NCBI GenBank assembly: GCA_964627705.1 | Contig: CAZVHE010000005.1 | Span: forward strand, 1-37,480 | Length of the DNA: 37,480 bases | Direction: 5' to 3' | DNA from: an uncultured Chthonomonas sp. | Lineage (GTDB): Bacteria > Armatimonadota > Fimbriimonadia > Fimbriimonadales > Fimbriimonadaceae | Shown: in pieces, positions 33,061-37,480 of the stretch | Position numbering within the stretch: the stretch's first letter is position 1 | How the letters are laid out: each line of letters opens with the position of its first letter | The notes under the pieces: model-generated | What the model saw: the letters and a program-made list of their open reading frames with translations, nothing else | What the model was told of the DNA's origin: nothing | Database searches by the model: none | Position numbers and translations under genes: made by a program

Positions 33061-33261
33061 TCAGGCATCGAAGTCTCCCTTGGTCCGGTAGTGTTCGTGG
33101 ATCGCAGCGCGCGCGGCGGCGACGCGGGCCTTTGGTCCTTCGAGCACGTCGGCCCCACAAAGGCTGTGGGCTTGCCAGACAGTGGCGATGCGCAGCTTTT
33201 CCTGTTCGGCCAGCAACTTATCCAGCAGCGCGTCGAGGCGCGGGTCGTTGGGTTCAGGCAT
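33061..33261 (-). CDS. Hypothetical protein
   Basis: Coupled small ORF in the minus-strand operon. Confidence 0.5.
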   Translation of the reverse strand: MPEPNDPRLDALLDKLLAEQEKLRIATVWQAHSLCGADVLEGPKARVAAARAAIHEHYRTKGDFDA

Positions 33262-33748
33262 TGCCCTTCTCCCTCTGCCGGCGCTGCCACGCCTCGTTGC
33301 GCACGCGGGCGATGGCCTCGGCTTCGGACCAGCGGTCGAACTTCAGAGCGTAGTCCCAAGCGACCTGGGCAGAAATGCAGGTGTCGTCTGGCTTCAGGCC
33401 AACCAGCACGCGTCCCCCGATTTCAGCGCAAACCCACGGCCCCTCCACCGGGCGCTCCAGCAGCGGGCGCGCGAAGGCCAGGAGTGCGTCGTCGAGAAAC
33501 AGCTTGGCCGCCGTGAGCGTGCTGAACTTGCCCCGGCGAAAAACGTCAGAGGTATCAGGCACACCCATGCGCGCAGTGAACGGTGGCCGGTCTGACTCCC
33601 CGCTTTCCCACGCTATGCGCAGGAACCCTGCGGTTCCAGAAACCTCAGAGCATCTACTGCCGGGCCAATCCGCCCACGGCAACACCGGCGTCTCGCCCTT
33701 GGCGGCGCGCTCTTCGTATCGTGCGATCTGCTCAGGTGTGAGGGTCAT
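33254..33748 (-). CDS. Hypothetical protein
   Basis: AAGGAG RBS; overlapping neighbours. Confidence 0.6.
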   Translation of the reverse strand: MTLTPEQIARYEERAAKGETPVLPWADWPGSRCSEVSGTAGFLRIAWESGESDRPPFTARMGVPDTSDVFRRGKFSTLTAAKLFLDDALLAFARPLLERPVEGPWVCAEIGGRVLVGLKPDDTCISAQVAWDYALKFDRWSEAEAIARVRNEAWQRRQREKGNA

Positions 33749-34088
33749 TGGGGGTCTCCTTCATGCGGCGGCGAATGTCGGCGAACACGGCGGGAGACAG
33801 GATCGGAAGTTGGCCGTCAAACTTCTTCACCCGAAAGACTTCGGTGCTACGCAGGAAGCGATAAACCCACTCAACTCCCGATTCCCAATCGCTCAGTCCG
33901 TGCAGCAGCACTTCGTTTTTCAAGGCCCATACGATGCACTCCGCCTCGCTGGGTTCCTGCGCGTCCAACGCCTCAAGGCGATAAGAGATGTCGATAACGC
34001 GCCTCGCGATTTCATAGGGCATGTTGCCGATAAGCCGATTGTGAGCGGTGTCCCGCAGAAACTCTGCGTCACTCAGTTGCTTTGCCAT
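33732..34088 (-). CDS. Hypothetical protein
   Basis: AAGGAGG RBS. Confidence 0.6.
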   Translation of the reverse strand: MAKQLSDAEFLRDTAHNRLIGNMPYEIARRVIDISYRLEALDAQEPSEAECIVWALKNEVLLHGLSDWESGVEWVYRFLRSTEVFRVKKFDGQLPILSPAVFADIRRRMKETPNDPHT

Positions 34089-34350
34089 CGGTCGCCTCCT
34101 TGTCGAGTTGGGCGAGCGCCTTCGCGTGTGCGTGTGCGATCAGTCGCGGGAAGTCCGAGCGGTTATGGAACTGTGCGCCGTGTGTTTCGTTGATGAGGCG
34201 ACAGGTTTCGGCCATGCGATCCACACCCGCCTTGAGCGCCGCGCGCTCGATGGCGTCGATGGCTTGCTTCACCCCATCGATGTCGCCCTCTTCGGAGAAG
34301 TCCAGCGCGAACGTCTTGAGTTCGCTCATCGGGATGTCTTCTGGCTTCAT
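34069..34350 (-). CDS. Hypothetical protein
   Basis: GGAGGG RBS; ATGA coupling. Confidence 0.55.
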   Translation of the reverse strand: MKPEDIPMSELKTFALDFSEEGDIDGVKQAIDAIERAALKAGVDRMAETCRLINETHGAQFHNRSDFPRLIAHAHAKALAQLDKEATDGKATE

Positions 34351-35006
34351 TGCCGGCCCTCCACTTTGGCGATGGTGGCGCGCATTTCCACAACGCCAAT
34401 GGCCAGATTATCCGCAAGAGACCGTGGACTGTCGCTCAACTGCTCTATAGAGTCCACAGTGATACGCAGCGTCTCCAGCAGCGCCGCCCGGTCAGCCTCG
34501 GCCTTCTCCGCGCGTTCTTGGAACGCGGCGCTTTCGCGTCCTTGCTTCCCGATCAACTCGGCTAGTCGCCACACGTCGCACGGGTTCTTGTGCCGGTCGT
34601 CGCCCAGCATCTCGCACAGTTTGCAGACGAGGCGGCACAGGTCGTCGAAGTGGCTTTTGTAGTAGTCGCGCTGGTTGGTGACGGCGCGGTGGGCGGATTG
34701 CAAGTCCTCGCCCAGCGTGGTGCGGCGCGATGGGATGGCCCTCATATACCTCATGGTTTGCTCTTCCGTCGGCTCCCACGCCTGGGGCTCGGTGGCGGGC
34801 GCGGTCGCGTAGGCCACAATGGATTCGATTTCGCCCGTGGTTAGCGGGACAGGCGTTGCCGACTCAAGATCAGCCTGAATCTGCTCAGGCGTCATGGTCT
34901 CAAGCTCTTTCAAGAGCGAATCGGTCTTCAGTGTGTCCACGTCCCGGCGCAGGGCGAACACCTCCGCGCGAATGGCTCCCAACTCGGTGCGGTCTTGGTC
35001 AGTCAT
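34347..35006 (-). CDS. Hypothetical coiled-coil protein
   Basis: AGGAG RBS; ATGA coupling. Confidence 0.6.
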   Translation of the reverse strand: MTDQDRTELGAIRAEVFALRRDVDTLKTDSLLKELETMTPEQIQADLESATPVPLTTGEIESIVAYATAPATEPQAWEPTEEQTMRYMRAIPSRRTTLGEDLQSAHRAVTNQRDYYKSHFDDLCRLVCKLCEMLGDDRHKNPCDVWRLAELIGKQGRESAAFQERAEKAEADRAALLETLRITVDSIEQLSDSPRSLADNLAIGVVEMRATIAKVEGRQ

Positions 35007-35398
35007 TTCATGTCTCCTGTCCCGCCGACAACCGGCTTGGGGTAGAAGTTGTCGTTCATGGGGCCGGTGCCATCGCGCGTCACGATGAACTGCGGCGGCT
35101 CGGGCTTGGGCATCTCGACGCGAAGCACCTGCGACGCGCGGCCGGACGCCACGCCTTCATTGTACGCCGCCAAAACGCGGGCCTCGACGTGGGCGTGGAT
35201 GGCGGCCAATGCGTCATCAATCCTGCGCTTGTGCGCATCAACAGTTTTATCAACGGTCGCATCGCAATAAACCAGAAAGGCAGAGCGAAGCGCGGTGTAT
35301 TGACGGATGCGCTCATCCAACTCCTCATCCCTTGTCGTCATGGCGGCGCTCCTTGTCGGCGGCGATGATGGCGTCGGCATGGTCGTGGGGTCGGTCAT
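35003..35398 (-). CDS. Hypothetical protein (alternative start 35342)
   Basis: ATGA coupling at 35398; a second AAGGAG RBS before ATG 35342. Confidence 0.55.
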   Translation of the reverse strand: MTDPTTMPTPSSPPTRSAAMTTRDEELDERIRQYTALRSAFLVYCDATVDKTVDAHKRRIDDALAAIHAHVEARVLAAYNEGVASGRASQVLRVEMPKPEPPQFIVTRDGTGPMNDNFYPKPVVGGTGDMK

Positions 35399-35607
35399 GG
35401 TTTATCTCCCTTGCTGGACTCGTTGAACAACCAAACCGCACCGATGGCGGACACAAAACCAGCCGCGCCGATAGCCGACAACAGCATCTCGTCAGCTATC
35501 GTTAGTCTCATTCGGGGTATGAACATATACGGGGCCAAGAACACGAGGCACGTGGCACAGCAACCGATCAACGCCAACCCGCACAGAAAAAAGACGACTC
35601 GCTTCAC
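35395..35607 (-). CDS. Small two-TM membrane protein
   Basis: Two hydrophobic segments; GTGA coupling. Confidence 0.55.
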   Translation of the reverse strand: MKRVVFFLCGLALIGCCATCLVFLAPYMFIPRMRLTIADEMLLSAIGAAGFVSAIGAVWLFNESSKGDKP

Positions 35608-36545
35608 GGCTTCACCCCCTTGGCGCACTCGACGTTGAGGCGCGCGGCCTGCGCGCCCTCCTCGCGGGCCTTGGCGAGGGCGGGCCCAATCAGCTTTCCC
35701 ATCTCGTGCGAGAGCGCGGCTTGGGACTCGCTCAAGATGGCGGGCTCGGTCGGGTTGAGCGCGCTACGCAGGCACCGCAGAGCCGTCTTGTGGCTGGGCT
35801 TGCTTTCGCGTTCCTCCTCCAACTCCGCGACCCGCTTGGCCAAGCGCTCGTTCTCGCGGTGTGCTTCCTCGCAATCGTACTTCATGGCCGACAGTTCACC
35901 GCGCAGTTCGCGCTGGTAGTACTCGGCCACCGAGGGGGCGGCGTAGGTGAGGCCGCACACGGCTCTGTTGGCAGACTTCCAAGGCGCGCGCCAATACCCG
36001 CACCCGTTTAGGTTTATTGCCTGCCACTGGCCATTCAAGTGGGTCAGTACATACGCGAATGCAGAGTCTTGGTCGTCATCAAGCTCCACCCACACCTGCC
36101 CGGCCTGGGGCTCGACGGCCTTGGGCTCGACGGGCTGGGGCGTCGTTGCATCAAGCGCCAAAAGGCGGACCTCATAGTCGGCTGTCGCGCCTGAGTCCCA
36201 GTTCACGTCAACCACAGGTCGGCCAGAATAGGGCATCGGGCGCTCGTCCGAGACGACGGTGCCCGCGCACGTCGGGGCTGCCGGGCACTCCGGGCGCGGG
36301 ATGAAGCGCACGCGGTCCCCCACCTTGAACTTCGGCTGGGGCGTCGGCAACCCGCGCACCGTCATCGGGGGGATGGTCACGGCGGGCCACGTCTTGGCGA
36401 TGTCGCCGTGCAGCGCGTCGTGCTCGGCCCGATTGGTGGCGTTGCCCGGTTCCCACTGAGGGATGGTCGGGGCTTGCGCGACAAACTCTTCGATCAAATC
36501 AGACGCCTTGCGCAATGTGTGCGCGGCTTCGAGTAGCTTCTTCAT
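35604..36545 (-). CDS. Hypothetical protein with SH3-like (KFKVGDRV) domain and coiled coil
   Basis: FKVGDRVRF...GTVV...VDVNWD; AAGGAGG RBS before ATG 36545. Confidence 0.65.
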   Translation of the reverse strand: MKKLLEAAHTLRKASDLIEEFVAQAPTIPQWEPGNATNRAEHDALHGDIAKTWPAVTIPPMTVRGLPTPQPKFKVGDRVRFIPRPECPAAPTCAGTVVSDERPMPYSGRPVVDVNWDSGATADYEVRLLALDATTPQPVEPKAVEPQAGQVWVELDDDQDSAFAYVLTHLNGQWQAINLNGCGYWRAPWKSANRAVCGLTYAAPSVAEYYQRELRGELSAMKYDCEEAHRENERLAKRVAELEEERESKPSHKTALRCLRSALNPTEPAILSESQAALSHEMGKLIGPALAKAREEGAQAARLNVECAKGVKP

Positions 36546-36805
36546 TGCCGGCCCTCCTTGGTGGCCTTGTCGTCTGCCTGCTTGAACTCCGTCCACGCTT
36601 TCATCGTTTCCAGCGCAAGGTCCCGGTCGGCCTTGGCCTTGTCGATCTCCGCCAGCGCAGCGCGACCGGCGGTGGTGATGGCTGCGTACACGCTGTTCCA
36701 CTCGTGAGCCACGAGGCCCATCTGAGACAGGTGGGACAGTTCGTACGTTGTGGGCGGCTGGCGCAACATCCTCAAGATTTCGACCTGTCGAGGTGTCAGT
36801 TTCAC
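36542..36805 (-). CDS. Small winged-helix-like protein, paralog A
   Basis: KLTPRQVEILRML...LSQMGLV...ITTAGRAAL; AAGGAG RBS. Confidence 0.6.
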   Translation of the reverse strand: MKLTPRQVEILRMLRQPPTTYELSHLSQMGLVAHEWNSVYAAITTAGRAALAEIDKAKADRDLALETMKAWTEFKQADDKATKEGRQ

Positions 36806-37014
36806 GGCTTGGGCTCCTTTTCTAGTGCGGCGATACCGGCGGGGGTAATTTCTGCTCTCCACACGCCGTCGCGCTGGTAGCAGCCAGCCAGCATGCCGGG
36901 CAGATTCCACAGCCGCGTGACCATGCGCTTGTCTGGCGGACTCATGTCCGCTTCGTTCATTGGGCTGTAGGCCAGTCGCTTGAGCATCTCGACCTGTTGC
37001 GGGGTCAGCTTCAC
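36802..37014 (-). CDS. Small winged-helix-like protein, paralog B
   Basis: KLTPQQVEMLKRL...ITPAGIAAL; AAGGAGG RBS. Confidence 0.6.
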   Translation of the reverse strand: MKLTPQQVEMLKRLAYSPMNEADMSPPDKRMVTRLWNLPGMLAGCYQRDGVWRAEITPAGIAALEKEPKP

Positions 37015-37277
37015 GCGTCGCCCTCCTTGACCAGCTTGTAAGTGGCCACGCGCATGTTCGGCTCAACGTCGGCGCCGTCCTCAACAAGCCCAGAAGCGCC
37101 CATACGGTCCGCGATGGGTACGCGCAAGATAGGCAACGTCCTGTCGAGCGAGCTACCGAGCACGCGCGGGGCATCGGCTTGGTCGGCCAGTTGCCGCAGG
37201 TGCTTGAGGATTAGCGTTTGGTTCGTATTGCCGTGCTCTTGAATCAACGCCATGATGTCGCGTGCAAGGTCAGCCAT
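37011..37277 (-). CDS. Hypothetical protein
   Basis: AAGGAG RBS before ATG 37277; GTGA coupling. Confidence 0.55.
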   Translation of the reverse strand: MADLARDIMALIQEHGNTNQTLILKHLRQLADQADAPRVLGSSLDRTLPILRVPIADRMGASGLVEDGADVEPNMRVATYKLVKEGDA

Positions 37278-37479
37278 TGGGGTTCTCCTTGACCAGCCTG
37301 TAGCCCAAGCTAGCGGCCAAATCGCGCACGATGTTGGTTGCCCAGTGGTGAGCGGCTGCAATGGCCTGGGCGCGCGTGTCGGCGTACTGCCAACGGCATT
37401 GGAGCTTCTCGCCGCTGCGCACGTCCCAGCGCCATTCATCAAACACCGGCTCGACGTGGATGATGACGCCCCAGCCAAG
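37270..37479 (-). CDS. Hypothetical protein, 5'-truncated by the window edge
   Basis: Open frame LGWGVIIHVEPVFDEWRWDVRSG...AQAIAAAHHWA...KENPNG* containing the RBS of the next gene. Confidence 0.5.
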   Translation of the reverse strand, partial: LGWGVIIHVEPVFDEWRWDVRSGEKLQCRWQYADTRAQAIAAAHHWATNIVRDLAASLGYRLVKENPNG

Positions 37480-37480
37480 G

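Overview
High-GC tailed phage DNA (HK97/lambda-like siphovirus layout), apparently in the excised or virion state because an intact attP is flanked by phage genes on both sides. The left arm (+, 99-23083) holds terminase, portal, S49 protease, major capsid, a methyltransferase-glycosyltransferase fusion, neck, putative head appendage, tail tube, frameshifted chaperone, tape measure and novel tail-tip genes. An early-type cassette (11.76-14.31 kb, ending in RusA) interrupts this arm. The centre holds an attP (3' half of tRNA-Asn with arm repeats), an HNH-HTH/RHH operon and what looks like a C-terminal remnant of a deleted tyrosine integrase. The right arm (mostly -) holds SSB, an anticodon-less tRNA-like RNA with a structured leader, a lipoprotein, an XRE regulator, RecT/YqaJ recombination genes, a C5 methyltransferase and many small ORFs, plus a + strand HEXXH/metallophosphoesterase/wHTH island. 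Two recurring regulatory motifs are visible: TTGACGGTGGCTCG (5 copies, before virion genes) and the palindrome GTTGCG-N5-CGCAAC (4 full sites and 1 half site, before early-type genes). No endolysin, replication initiator/helicase or intact integrase was recognised, so the window is probably not the whole genome. Product calls come from motif recognition by eye, not database searches.
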